A DNA stretch of 63,718 nt, counting the filler, from Chiloscyllium plagiosum (lineage: Eukaryota): assembly GCF_004010195.1 (NCBI RefSeq). It is 4 parts of one record of this genome, joined end to end, with 100 filler letters (N's around TTAATTAATTAA, not from the genome) between each part and the next. Parts side by side here need not be neighbours in the genome. Positions count along the whole stretch, not along the records: positions 61,676 to 63,718 come from NC_057717.1; 3 more parts are not named here. One strand, written 5' to 3'. Shown here piece after piece: positions 63,585 through 63,718 of the stretch; the first letter of the stretch is position 1, and each line of letters begins with the position of its first letter. The position numbers and the translations under genes were made by a program. The notes under the pieces were generated by a model. That model was not told the origin of the DNA. It made no database searches and saw nothing but the letters and a program-made list of their open reading frames with translations.

Positions 63585-63718
63585 TAGGTAAAAACAATGA
63601 CTGCAGATTCTGGATTAGTGGTGCTGGAAGAGCACAGCAGGTCAGGCAGCATCCGAGGAGCAGTAAAATTGACGTTTCGGGCAAAAGCCCTTCATCAGGA
63701 ATACAGGCAGAGAGCCTG
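63585..63718 (-). mobile_element. Neptune-type terminal repeat with intact hammerhead core (63671-63698), running off the window
   Basis: Same subfamily as 46209; the minus strand reads attcCTGATGAaGGGCttttGCCCGAAACGTC. Confidence 0.85.

Overview
Repeat-dense vertebrate genomic DNA, most likely from a cartilaginous fish (shark/ray). That assignment is an inference from HE1-type V-SINEs, abundant CR1 LINEs and shark-type GPR139-like receptor exons. There is no complete host gene in the window. The host-gene content is two paralogous first coding exons of GPR139/GPR142-like class A GPCRs, pointing away from each other (330-552 minus, with an in-frame stop; 41397-41661 plus, open). Each has a 14-aa N-glycosylation-sequon repeat at the N-terminus, and they share about 1.3 kb of homologous upstream sequence. 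Everything else I can recognise is transposable-element debris: one near-full-length CR1 (zinc knuckle + SGNH esterase ORF1, APE-RT ORF2), many CR1 fragments, two Penelope-like (GIY-YIG) families, a Rex1/Babar LINE, a Tx1/L1 fragment, a Gypsy remnant with LTR, solo LTRs and SINEs. The most notable RNA-level signal is a recurrent minimal hammerhead-ribozyme motif (CUGANGA-stem-GAAACGUC) in the terminal repeats of both Penelope families, including young perfect-palindrome insertions with target-site duplications. Three N-gaps contain an artificial TTAATTAATTAA linker, so adjacency across 29.0, 49.8 and 61.6 kb is uncertain. Boundaries of old repeats were estimated by eye and are approximate.
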